Shown here piece by piece: positions 37,079 through 48,600 of a DNA stretch of 64,000 bases. Under the pieces are notes generated by a model. That model did not search any database. It saw nothing but the letters and a program-made list of their open reading frames with translations, and had not been told where the DNA came from. Location of the stretch: positions 4,650,001-4,714,000 of the forward strand of contig CM119377.1 in the NCBI GenBank assembly GCA_051294905.1, read 5' to 3'. The position numbers and the translations under genes were made by a program. Numbering within the stretch: position 1 is the first letter of the stretch; the number at the start of each line of letters is the position of its first letter. Origin of the DNA: Botryllus schlosseri (Eukaryota).

Positions 37079-37531
37079 TTGAGATCGCGTATCTTACACG
37101 GTAATAGCTCGGACGCGAGGCATGTTAAGCTAAAATGTGACTGTCAAAATAAACAGTGAAAATCAGAAGCGGTTGATGTATTTAGAGACTCGGAGTTGCT
37201 ACTAGGGTTGAAGTATTATTAACAACATAAATATCTACTCGATAACGAGCAGAGGCGGAAATTTCAAAGACAAACAGAAATCACTGCGTGTAGAAGTAGA
37301 AAATGTACATCTGAACGGTACTTCGTATACGCTGTTTCAAAATGTAGATTTGGTCGACGGGTAGCATATTGCTAGAAGTTAATTGGAGATGCCCATTTTT
37401 GAAACGGCAGGACGCATGATCGATGGCACTACAAATAGGTACAATTTTCAAAAACATATCCAGTACTTTGATACAGTGGCTCTTTGGCCTGGTCGTCACG
37501 ACAATTTCACTCGTATTCAAGCAATGTAAAC

Positions 37532-38144
37532 CAGTGGCTCTCAACCTTTTTGAAGTTGCGGACTTGTGAACCTTACAGAAACTAAAATACATCAGAGATT
37601 TAATTACCGTACGACAAATGCATGCAACTTCATGTAATATTGGAAATTCATTCATCGATGCTTTTTTGATACTTGATATTTCTACATGGTTTTATTGAGG
37701 TTTCAGCAAGGCGGAGCTTGTGAATTCATGTTAAAGATCGCTAACCTGATTATAATTATATCCTAAGAAAGAAATGGGTCTTCGCTATTTTCTAGCCTTT
37801 ATTCAACTGCCAAGTATCGCTTAATTGCATTGTCATAATTTGTCGAAGTTTGTTTGAAAGTCTCCCGAGCTTTCACACGTAACTTGTGTGAAACTAGGTG
37901 CAGGCTAAATTCAAACAGTTTCTTATAACACATTCAAACTTCCGACGCATGCTCAAAGTAGACCATTAACTCTCTAATTGCGACACCACAAAAATACGTT
38001 CCATACTTCTAAATTAATTTTAACGTTTTATTTCTTTTATTAATAAGCAAGCGCCCAACTTATTGCATTCTGCAATTGAGATATAAAATTCTATCTCGCG
38101 AACAGTCAGGAAACTTGTCTCATACCGACGGTTGAGAACCACTG
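37532..38144. mobile_element. hAT Charlie-type non-autonomous element between TRAPPC2 and the Cabin1-tail ORF
   Basis: CAGTGGCTCTCAACC...GGTTGAGAACCACTG; TSD ATGTAAAC / ATGTTAAC (7/8). Confidence 0.78.
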
Positions 38145-38599
38145 ATGTTAACAATTGACATATCTTAACACCACATTCTGCTTTATAATATATAAAGCAG
38201 AAGAGGAGGTATAATAACATGATCACTTGAGTAAGAGATAGGCCTACAAGTAAGCAAAACCTACTCGACTTCTAAAGAGAAAAAGTAGTAGTCCGATACT
38301 GACGAACTCTTGTGAAAATTCGCAATAACAAATATTCAACTTATGAAATCGGATTCTAAATCCAGTTTGCAAAAGAATAAAGACGAGTTAGTAATATGCG
38401 GCCAACCGACTGTGATAACAGGGCGCCTTCATGAATAATGAAGTTCAAAATACTCAACCACAGAGAAACCCCATGAGTCACTGGTCGCCACGCTAAGAAT
38501 AGCTCCTCTAATCCCAGTGTGGAAATAAGCGCGTTATTGCACTTAGTTTGAGATAATATAGGTCACACGCTGTAGCCTGAAGATCAATGCGGGGATTTC

Positions 38600-39022
38600 C
38601 TACAGCAGGTGTCTCTGCCCGAAGAATTGCACCTTCCTTTGAAAACTATGCGACTGGATGCGAGTGTTTTTTTCGTAAAACGGATTCATTATGAACTTGA
38701 TGTAGACTTCGTACACCTCGTTGAAAAAGTTCTTGATCCCGTCCTCGTTTTTGACGTCGTGCAACAGCAAAAATCGCATTCCGCTCGCCGTTACAAAGGC
38801 CGAGACAAACCACTCATTAAATTTATCCACCGTCTTCAAATACATATTATTAGTTTTCCACATGTGCTCGTCGACTAGATCCAATGCCGCGTGGGCGATG
38901 AACTGATTCATATGTCTATTATCATCCTTTTTGGCCGCAGCGGCCTTCGGTGTCATTATCTCCTCTTCATACACTGGGTTATCGCTGTGCTCCACGATAA
39001 CAAAATAATAGCTTCCAGGCAT
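38600..39022 (-). CDS. TRAPPC2: Trafficking protein particle complex subunit 2 (sedlin), 140 aa, intronless CDS
   Basis: [19 protein letters not shown]...[69 protein letters not shown] is unmistakably sedlin. The true ATG is at 39022; the ORF-track start at 39055 lies inside a 5'UTR intron (39047-39120). Confidence 0.96.
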   Translation of the reverse strand: MPGSYYFVIVEHSDNPVYEEEIMTPKAAAAKKDDNRHMNQFIAHAALDLVDEHMWKTNNMYLKTVDKFNEWFVSAFVTASGMRFLLLHDVKNEDGIKNFFNEVYEVYIKFIMNPFYEKNTRIQSHSFQRKVQFFGQRHLL

Positions 39023-41163
39023 ATTTATAAGATTAGTCCACACCGGCTGCATCACAAAAATAAAACAGTAAAGGATAGAGCATCCACTCTCTAATACTAA
39101 TCACATCATTGAGTGCTTACTTTGTATATACACCATGATTACACATAGCTTTGCATCACCACTTGTGTGTTCGACTTTATACACAATCTTACAAGTAATG
39201 CAGCGGCCTGTCATAATCAATCGAGCACCAAACATACTTAATAGTACTTTGAAGAAATATACCATACAAGGCATTCCAATTATAGACGTAATAGGAGCCT
39301 TTCAGCATTGTTTATTGTTAAATCATAAGAGGATATGGACAAAAATGGCCGAACATAAGAGTCCATCAAACATCTACAGCCTATTTATAGAATTCAGATA
39401 CATAGCAAGTGAATCGGTTCTATGTAACATAGTGGTCATTATAGAAATGAACACCATCAGCATTGAGATAAATCAGAGGAACACATTTATAAAATCAGCA
39501 ACCAGCACAGCATGAAATACATTGACAGGGTCAAATTGACTGAAATTTACCACATTCAGACCAAAAGTGTATATCTCGAACTCACTCGAGCACTTGGCCA
39601 AGACAGCATTTGGTGGCTGGTCATGCAATATATCAATGAGAAATAGAGAAACATCAACACAACATACCCTAAAATCAAAAGCCGGCCCAAGTTTTCAGGA
39701 CACTTTCCGGGTGGGGTAACAAGAAAATTTTCAGTCAAATTTTAGACGGATGTAGGGTTGCCATGGTGTCAAAGACAATAACTGCGGTGCAAATTTATTT
39801 CTCAAGACTCGTTCTATTTAGAAATCCTTACCACACTATGGGCCTTGATATGTCCAAGCCTTTTAGGTCAGCCACCCTGATTATATGAAAAATTAAGGAA
39901 CTGTAAGCAGTAACAACATATCAAGGATTGGATGAAATTTACGAATTTCTCAGTGTCACACAAAAAACCAGAACACTGTTGGACAGTAAAGCAAATATTA
40001 CAAATCTACCCACCCCTGTAGAAGTACCCTAAGGTAACAGGAGAATTGCATGGAGGGCATTTAACCATAAAGAACCCCCATGTATCGCAATCATACCAGT
40101 ATATTGGTAACAGAAAATATAACATGAAACGCTAGTGAAATGGATATCACACAAAAATTGTAAGGATGCTTCTACGTACACACATTCTGTGCCATATTAA
40201 CCAGAAACGAGTATGTCCTTTTGAACACAGCGTAAAAGGAAGAATTGACAGACCTTCAATTCACATTATTTTATGCTACAACTGCTCTCTGCTTGAATAG
40301 AAAACGAAGATCATTTGCAAGATTCAACATTAAAATAGGTATGGAGCACGGAATGTCGTTATTTTGGCAAGAAACAAAACGAAACAAACTCATCTTACAA
40401 ATTTGATGCAGAGTTAATGACACGAAAAACATGAGTCTTCCACGGAGCAACTAGGGCAATAAACCGGATATTATAGATCACAAATGTGTCATGCTCAGTT
40501 GGAGTCTACCTTGGCAACTCTTAAACGCCTTTTCAGTGATGCCAGTTATCATCAATAATATCACTATATGCACAATCATAATCAAATCACAAAGTGAAAG
40601 TGATCATCCACCGATGAAATTGACTATTCATTTTGAAAAAGTGGAATTGCTCGAGTCGACATTTGAAACCAGGAGTAAATTAAAGGTAAATGTCCAATTT
40701 GGGCATTTCAGCCGTGCTAGCAACACAGTTCTTATCAATTTCATCCTTTCCCGCTGTTAAAAGGGCACTGCGGTATAACTATAATGTCACAATTGAAGAG
40801 TGAGTAAGAAATTTCAGGAAAGAGCCATTTCTCTCCGAGAGTCACCATTTTCAAACTGCAGCAAAATGATTTTCACGAGCGGACTTATTGCACTGCATCA
40901 ATCTCTGTGGTATCAAGGTCTTGCGTGTGTTAGGCTCATATCACTAAAATTCCATCATAACATTGGCTGACATCTATCTGAAATTTGTTCTACGGGTGGT
41001 ACCACATAGATTATTGAAAAGCAATAGGGCCACTCGTGAAAATCGTCCAGCCGTAGTTCGCATACGGTGGCTTTCTGAGGAAATGGCTGACGCCCAAATA
41101 TTTTTAACACTACCAACTTTAATTTGAGACCCCATCATAATCTATAAAATTCAAACAAAAAAT

Positions 41164-41766
41164 TTATTGGATAGTACAGCACCAAGAGTTCATTTTTTTG
41201 GATTGCTTATAAAATGCTTTCGATTGCGTGCTCAAGTCGTCCGATCTCGCGACCAAGTCATCTAACTTTTCGCCGCGTTGCATCAGCGATTCCATAGTGT
41301 CATGCAAAATAATTTTGGTCTCATCGAGTTCATTTTGCACCCGAGTCATCGCGTCGGCGTGTTTCGGGTCTTGATATTTCGAAAGCCACTCTGGCAATTC
41401 CTCGTATTGAATACCGACCGAAGGGCCACTAGGCCAGTCTTTCATAGGCACTTTGGAAGCGAAGTCTTCGCAAACTTTCGACATCATCGTAAACACCACT
41501 CTTCGCGGATATTCATGATCTGAAATCACCACACATCCGAGTCTATCGTCTCTTATAAAGACGTGGCACATGTAGTTCTGTTCCTTGACGGATTGCCTCT
41601 GTCCTACTTGTGTGCGTTCGGCGCACACGGTGGTTGTGAACTTGAGAAATTCAGCCACGCTGGACCGCTGGAAGAATCCGAATTCTGTGACATCCTGCGC
41701 CGATTTTAGCGCGTTGACTTTGGAGTGAGCCTTGAAAACGACAGCAACCGAATAAAGCTTTACCAT
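41164..41766 (-). CDS. YKT6: Synaptobrevin homolog YKT6 (longin R-SNARE), 200 aa, intronless CDS
   Basis: Longin domain (FGFFQRSSV.EF, EYP.RV.F), SNARE motif (VQ.ELDETKIILHDTMESLMQRGEKLDDLV.RS..LS.QSKAFYK) and C-terminal CC-aaX lipidation signal (CCTIQ). Splice acceptor tttcag lies 18 nt upstream of the ATG. Confidence 0.97.
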   Translation of the reverse strand: MVKLYSVAVVFKAHSKVNALKSAQDVTEFGFFQRSSVAEFLKFTTTVCAERTQVGQRQSVKEQNYMCHVFIRDDRLGCVVISDHEYPRRVVFTMMSKVCEDFASKVPMKDWPSGPSVGIQYEELPEWLSKYQDPKHADAMTRVQNELDETKIILHDTMESLMQRGEKLDDLVARSDDLSTQSKAFYKQSKKMNSWCCTIQ

Positions 41767-41954
41767 TTTATTATTTGATTACCTGAAATAGGAATGAACA
41801 ATTTGAATTACCATGCATGGCTAAATCACAGCCCGATGTAGCCGCCTAACCATGCAAGGAAGTTTTTGAGGAGACTGTTTGAGGTACAGAAAACGTCAAC
41901 AACTAGTAGCCTAGAGATTTCAAAAGAACTTAAAACATCAACACTTGTATGACC

Positions 41955-42290
41955 AAAGGAAAGGAAAGGACGTAGTTTATTTTTGTCCTTCATGTTTTTG
42001 CGGCATATACACCGACTCATGATATGCATACACACGATCTGCGCATATGCATACCATGAGTGCATGATGTGCATATGCCGCTGGACAAGGAAGTGCAGAT
42101 ATAGCCTTTACGACTTTCCAAGTCATGCACCACCCCTCCATGCTATCCCAGTAATGCATGAGCGCCAAGCAGGGAAGCCATGGATACCAGTGTTACTAAT
42201 GAGGTCTTTGGTCTGACCCGGCCGGGAATCGAACCCACGACCTACCGATCAAGAAGCCGGACGCTTAACCATTACGCTATCTTGATCGGT
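41955..42290 (-). mobile_element. tRNA-derived SINE (~336 bp)
   Basis: On the - strand: Pol III A box (TAGCGTAATGGTT, 42267-42279), B box (GGTTCGATTCC, 42225-42235), body, AATAAA and a (CCTTT)3 tail. A partial second copy lies at about 43995-44100. Confidence 0.8.
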
Positions 42291-42383
42291 AATAATAATA
42301 TTACGATGGCACTGGCATAAAAATTTTGAATATTCGAGGCAAACAGATGGCTTATGCTCGATGTACTGAATGGCTCAAAAGTA

Positions 42384-43710
42384 GGGGAGAGTGGGTAGGT
42401 ATGGGCCACTGTTGAGGTGTGGGCCACTGCCATATCTGGTGACTGTGACATCCCATATGGTTGCCAAGCTCTGTGATTGTTAGCAAAAGGCTCCAGACTC
42501 ACCCATGTTACTCACAGCCATGAGGCCAGCGGAGTTTTTGACTCAGCTAGAGATATATAATTTTTTCGGCCTAAAGTAAATTTATTTGAAAATAGGGAAT
42601 TTGGGTTTGAGTCCACATATGTGCATGTTTAGATCAGACTTACATTTGGTGTGAAAGCTATAGAAATATGCTGCCTACAGAGTATAGTTTTAATGCTTTG
42701 TCAATCTCTCGGATCTTGAAATTATGGTAAGAATCCCCAAGATGGAGTGTTTGAGGTATGGGCCTTTTAGCAGGTTGGGGTATGGGCCGGCCCATACCTC
42801 AATAGGCTGGGGTATGGGACAGCATAACATATACCTGAAATCAATATTTGAATGATCCTATTAAATATATTTATCTCTAGAATACAGAATGTGTTGGTCT
42901 TATCCCTCCCATATACAATCACTTGAAAGTAAATCATGAAACCCATAAATAGCCAGTTTTCAGAGTCAGATCTGAGCTTGGCAATATGAAACGTTAAAGC
43001 ATGGGAGGGAGAGAAGAATGCCGTCAGTACAAAATTGGTGCAGCTACATTAAACAGGTATATGGAAAACCAGGGGATGAGTCTCAAATGAAAAAGATTTC
43101 AAAATCGTTTTCCAATACTGTCTTTAATGACGGGGAGAAAAGTTTTTGGCACAGTATGTCATCATAATATGCTCTAATACGTATCATGGTTTGTCACCCC
43201 CACTTAAATAATAGATAGAGCTGTGACATTTGGATTTGATGGGGTAGTTGAGGCAAAAGAAGCATGATTTCCTAGTGATTTTCATGTTACATATCTTTAG
43301 TTATCTTGTTTCATTGTGCGTTACGGCTTTCAATCAATACGGGAATTGAAATATATGAATTGTCCACTTCCAGCCCAGCTTTATATCAGTATATACAAAT
43401 TGTTGGTAACTGTGACAAGAGTTGAGGTTTGCAGGATATGAATGGCATTTACTGATTCAATACAGACAACGGCCCATACCTCACTACCCCCGGCCCATAC
43501 CTCGGAGCCTATTTTTTACTTACAAAAATGATGTATTGTTACAAAATTTGATGTCACTTCCAAATACATGGGTATTTTAGCTTAATTCTACCAGTAATAG
43601 TTAGTCAGATAACTAATGATAGTCTATACCAAAATTTAGGAATATTAGACAAAGTTTGGCCAAGTTATAGCTTTGTAAGATTTAGTGGCCCATACCTACC
43701 GACTCTCCCC
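42384..43710. mobile_element. 1327-bp non-autonomous Tc1/mariner/pogo-like element
   Basis: 27-bp TIR GGGGAGAGT(G/C)GGTAGGTATGGGCCACT (1 mismatch), flanked by TA on both sides; internal ATGGGCC/GGCCCATACC repeats; no long ORF. Confidence 0.82.
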
Positions 43711-43992
43711 TACTCCTATATATTGACCCTAAATCTAAACTGTTCACCGGGTCAAAGCCAGGACAAATATTGGGGTTCATTTCGATACAAATAATATTAT
43801 TCAAGCAATTTTTCGGTCTGAATAACTAAGCCTGTAGCCTAATCTACAGCCTGCAGCCTAATCTACAGAAGGCAACACCATACCACTACACCATCTGATC
43901 CGTGAGGTGTGAGGATTTGAAGAAAAGTTATATTTTAATTTCTCATCATAACTTGGCAGCAAGAATCCTATAGGTAATAGGACATTTATGTT

Positions 43993-44100
43993 TTTGTGGC
44001 ACATACACCAACTCATGCTAGACATACAAACGATCTGTGCATATGCATACCATCAGTGCATGATGTGCACAGTGCATATGTCGCTGGACAGTGGAATGTG
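43993..44100 (-). repeat. 3' fragment of the same SINE
   Basis: Colinear with 41995-42095 (catacaccaactcatg...gatctgtgcatatgcatacc...gcatatgtcgctggaca). Confidence 0.7.
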
Positions 44101-45678
44101 ACATGCATATACAACTGCTCAATCTCTCTTGTTATTGTGTTGAATTTAAAGCTTTACAGAATGTCTACGTACAACCGACGTTGCAGCTGACGAAAATACC
44201 AATACCGTAACTCCATAAAATTTGTTGATGCAATTATCTACTCTACTCCAAATCCAATTCAATGATGAACAATGAACACCATTATCAGGACTATACATCA
44301 ACATCACTGGTATCTGGTATCACAGCAGTCAATTAGTTGACAATTTGATGTGCGTCTATACAATATTCATTGTCAACTTATACCCTGCGAATCACGAGTA
44401 TCATTACATCACCATCGCTCAAGAGATATATCGCATTCTCATTAATTCATTCATAATTTCCACGTCTCCGAAAATTAGTAAGCGCCTTTCTTCCTGCTTG
44501 CCTTTACCAGTTGTCATCATCAATCTATTTTGGGATCAAAACGACCACTAGCCGGCAAAATCATTTGTGTGGCTCAGTGCTTTCAAGAGACCTATATAAA
44601 CAAAATATTGATTTCCATCTAATCCTGTACGATTTCGAAATCGGTAATGCTGATTTTTTTGTATCCTAAGAATATTTTACCACTCAATTTTTTTATGTTT
44701 TCAAGCAAAATTCTCGTTCAACCTGAGATAAAAAAAAAACTTCAGTTATCAAGTGAGATAAAACTGTATTCCTAAATTTTCCTACTATATTTAAAAATTT
44801 AATAATAGTATATAAACAAGGCGATACACCAACCAAATCGTTATACATTCGTTGGTCCAGTGGTTTAAAATGGACAAGTTTCTGGAGTCACCCACTTATT
44901 TACATATGATATGGTTGATCGCGTTCACATGTGGCTCAGAGCAAATGTTTTGATTATTAGCTTCAGCTGGCCACAAGATAGATCGGAGTGTAACCAACTA
45001 GCAATCAAAAATTGTCTCAATAAGCTAGTTGTGTCTTGTGTGTTCTTTTCTCATGTCAAATTTCCGGTCTCATTTTTAAGACCACAGACCATGTTGTTTC
45101 TGGATTAGCAAAATTCGTCTTGAAAACAAGAACAAAAATATTGATGCATCAAAAAACAGTCTTAATTAATTAATTAATTATAAGATGCGCTTGTTGGTCT
45201 TATTATGATTATTATGAAGGTCCGAATGATCGTGACAATTCTGTATGGTCGTAAGCAGCTGAATCTGTCTCAATTTTAAGACCTCACTCCACCAGTAAGA
45301 CGGAAATTGCTGAAAAAGATACCAAATCATCCTAATGTGTTAAATTTGAGACCAAATTTATCTAATTTTTTTGTAGCGTAGGCCGTAGGAAATATCGGCG
45401 AGAATATGTTATATATCGGTATCGGCTCAAAATTATAATATCAGTCTGATCTGATGGCTCTTCTCATGTGAGTCATGTCCACAAATCATTGTTTGTTCCT
45501 CATATTTCACATTTTGGTTTTGTCTTTATTTTAGAAACTCGGTGTTTTTTTCTCAATCTCTATACTTGTATTTATAATTGACAAATCTAACGTTTTGTTA
45601 CAAACCTTGAGTTGAGTGAATACACTGGCTGGTCGTTGTAAGCTGTATATACACCGAAAGATTGGGACTTAACTGGAG

Positions 45679-48600
45679 ATGACGACATTGGAAACTCCAC
45701 GGTTATTGAGTGGGAAGGAATCGTACACGAACGTTCTGGGAGTTTGTAATGTTCCCGACTCCAACCAAGCCTTGATAACACATGACGCAAGAGCGGTTCT
45801 AATCCAGGTGAGCCTCACACCAGTGCTGGAAGTTGATTGGGTAGGCTCAATGTTATATGTCTGCTGTGAATTCGATATCTCTGTTTGGGCCGTTTGGGGT
45901 GTTCTAAAGGATGTATCGTAATTGCATGATTACTATAGGTTGAATGGTGAAAGATGGTGCATCGAATTTATTTTGATATTATGACAAAGGAGCATGGGGT
46001 GTAATTAAGTGCAGCCCCCCACCCTCCGATTCTTAGAGACATATTTTTAGACAATTCATAGACAAATCCCAATTATCATGTCCCATAAGGTGTCAAGAAA
46101 TAATGTCCTGCTTCTCCCTAACGAAATAGTATTCAACTTGAGTTATCGCCAATTGGAGACTGTTGGAAATAACTCACAGTGAGGTTACAACTGACATCCC
46201 GCCAAATACTCTCGAACAAGTATATAGCAATTGAAAGTTATATTAGACACTGATTAATAATGGAGATGAATGGTAAATATGAGTTTACATAATTTTGAGA
46301 TTGGTTCAGCTGGTTAGCTGTAAGATTACCACTTTTGTAGATTGTATTACGAGCACAGGAACTCGTTAGTTAGCGGGAAAGTATATTCCTTCCAATGCGG
46401 CAGTACAAGCCCATTGACCTTTGTTGTAGTCGAAAAAATTAGTCTGCAATTGAAATACAAACCGAATGTACCATAATTTGGGTCTTTCATGATGCAAGTT
46501 CCGACTCAAAATTTCTGGAATGCTATGCTATATTCAAATATGCATTTCAGCCATATGATGGAAAAGTTATCCGGTCCTGGAACTGTCCGAACGCAAAGGG
46601 CCGGAAGATAACCGCACCCGGAATATTCTCAGAGGAAGAACAGGAATTTGTGTTCATACAAAACAAAAGGACGTTACGCACACTGAAGTTGCATAATTTC
46701 GACGAAAGTGAAACGTTTACGGTAGAAGATTTATTTTCTCTTGTGACCAGACAATCTTGTTTGAGTAAAGAATTTGGTCGGTTTAGATCTAAATATTGTT
46801 CCAAGGATTGAGAACCAGCTAAATCTAGGTGCACTCGAGACGTAATTCCTCATAAACAAATATTTAAAATTGAACTACAGTAACCACATACCCGAATGAA
46901 CCAACCATAGCACAGTGTTCAATGCTTCAGAAAAAAGGATAATATTTCGCTGCAATGAGATCTCTTGTCTGAAACGCATTTTTCGTCTTTGTAGCCAAAT
47001 TTGCCATTCTTGGTGATAGAAATATTCAAAATTCTGTAAGTGCAACTCATAATATTAAACCAACTCATGAAGTTACAAGTTCGAAGAATTTTCAAACCTG
47101 ATTCGAAACCTTTGACTGCTTGCACTTGGACCATTACAAAACTCCTTTCACTTGAGCAAGTTTGACTTCTCTTAAAGTAGTATCATTAAATTGGAAGCAC
47201 ATATTCAGTATGGAGCAGAGCCCATTAGCCCAAACCACAATGATTACACAGACGCCATCTTTATTGCAGGTCAAACATCCTATCCACTGCATTGCGACTC
47301 ATCCCGGTGTGGAGCCAGTTGTAATATTCGAAGAAGGCTCCATCCACTTCCTGTCAGACATCCTGGAAGACCCAAAGAACATATCGCCCTGCTCTTCCGT
47401 TCCCATTAAAATTGTAAAAATCATGTCCGTCGACACTGCGATTCTAGATGACGGTAGTCTCATGATCATGATTGTTTGCTGGGATGAAACGGTAAGTCAT
47501 TTGCCAGTGATGCCGTAATCTAACTTTTGAGCAATGTTTCTGAGGCTATTGGTCGAGGGAGCGAATGTTTTCTCTTGCTATGCTGCTGAGTATCCATTTG
47601 AATGGGAGGCATTGGTAGAAAATCATTATCTGTTATCAGAAAAGTCACCAGTGGTAATTAACTGCCCGTTTTTTCGAAGAACTATTTTATCGACAGGAAT
47701 TACTGCTAGGCCTACGACACCATCTTCCATTGAAGCTTTGAAACTTTGATTAGCATCCAAAGCGTGAGGCTACAAGATAGATAGTTTTGACGAACGAATA
47801 AGAAAACATATAAGTTTGATGAAAGTAACTTGCTTACTTTTCTTTGCCATTATATGAAAGTAACACAAGTTCAAATTCGCTTTTACTATTTATAGCGTCT
47901 TGGTGAGTTGACTCTGCCTGACTAGAATCTTGATGCTCAACTCGGAATGCTGAGTGCTGCGATGTCATGTTATCTTGTTTTGATAACTGCGTAGGATCAT
48001 TATGATATTGGCCAAATTTTCAATACAATTGTCTATTCTAGCTCGTAGTGGCTGAAACTTCCATTCCTCGGCTCTTTGCAGTCGAATGGTCCGAGTAACT
48101 GTTGAACTGCTGTTCAAATAACATTTTCTTACAATATCGTCACTTGTTACAGAATTAGCCACCGTAAATCCTGCTTTTTTTCAAATTCAAAATTTGGATG
48201 GAATCGAGCCAAATTTGCTGTACATCAACTTTTAAACAACATGACAATTTCGTGGAGTGGTTGGGTAATTTGAAAAAATTTAATACTGAATTTTATTTAT
48301 CAAATCTGAAATTTCTCCTCTAGTAGCAAAGCTTCTACGGGTTGTAGTCGAGGTGAATTTGGTGTGTAGCGTATTTTAGGTAACCTAACAAATTTATCAA
48401 GTAGCCAGTAAAATAGTGTCAGCTGTGGAAAGTAGTGTCGAATTCTCGTGGATAAATCAACTCTTAGTGGCAAGGACTGTATACTTTCAGTACTCGAAAA
48501 AATTAGACCCAATTACCACTCATAACTAGGGCAATTTTTTTACCTGAAAACCGAAGATTTTGACCTAAAATGTCAAAATTTTGAAATTTTTTTACCTTAA

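Noticed and set aside
36464-37159. Plus-strand ORFs overlapping the 230-aa ORF
   Set aside because: They are antisense shadows of a GC-richer coding strand; the motifs are on the - strand only.
39135-39515. 126-aa ORF between TRAPPC2 and YKT6
   Set aside because: No motif, UTR-like composition, and antisense to both flanking genes.
42213-42290. tRNA gene
   Set aside because: A and B boxes are present but there is no acceptor stem or cloverleaf, and it continues into a SINE body with a repeat tail and a second partial copy.
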